Program-made: the position numbers and the translations under genes
Part shown: positions 46,457 to 46,504 of the stretch, piece by piece
Layout: every line of letters starts with the position of its first letter
Position numbering within the stretch: position 1 is the first letter of the stretch
Assembly: GCA_051942205.1 (NCBI GenBank)
Contig: JAVECO010000023.1
Coordinates: 124,001 to 170,504 of the forward strand
DNA length: 46,504 nucleotides
Source of the DNA: Coniocarpon cinnabarinum
Lineage: Eukaryota
Direction of reading: 5' to 3'
Notes under the pieces: model-generated
Database searches by the model: none
Seen by the model: the letters and a program-made list of their open reading frames with translations, nothing else
What the model was told of the DNA's origin: nothing

Positions 46457-46504
46457 TTAGGGTTAGGGTTAGGGTTAGGGTTAGGGTTAGGGTTAGGGTT
46501 AGGG
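46457..46504 (+). repeat. Telomeric repeat (TTAGGG)8, chromosome right end
   Basis: Eight perfect TTAGGG units running to the end of the sequence, G-rich strand 5'->3' toward the end. Confidence 0.97.

Overview
This is the right end of a chromosome from a filamentous ascomycete: genes carry short GT-AG introns, and the window ends in (TTAGGG)8 at 46457-46504. From left to right it contains: a partial orphan gene; DNA primase small subunit (PRI1) with MCB boxes; an SRR1-like gene; a compact four-gene unit (tannase/feruloyl esterase, Zn2Cys6 transcription factor, DUF3500 protein, small receiver-like protein); a stop-interrupted large ORF; a BYS1-like secreted protein; an FAD monooxygenase; and two Ser/Arg-rich orphans. 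Next come a collapsed relic of a Goodbye/TPR/ZZ-type NLR gene, a run of tailoring-type enzymes (methyltransferase, beta-propeller, Rossmann protein, FAD monooxygenase, SDR) and a secreted metallophosphoesterase gene. That gene is disabled by a nonsense codon and a 112-bp solo-LTR-like insertion in its DxH motif. The end holds an intact HET-domain gene, an ICL/PEP-mutase family gene showing a gradient of RIP mutation, about 2.2 kb of RIP-saturated AT-rich DNA, and the telomere. Exon structures were reconstructed by hand from splice signals and frame continuity. Family assignments come from recalled motifs, not database searches.
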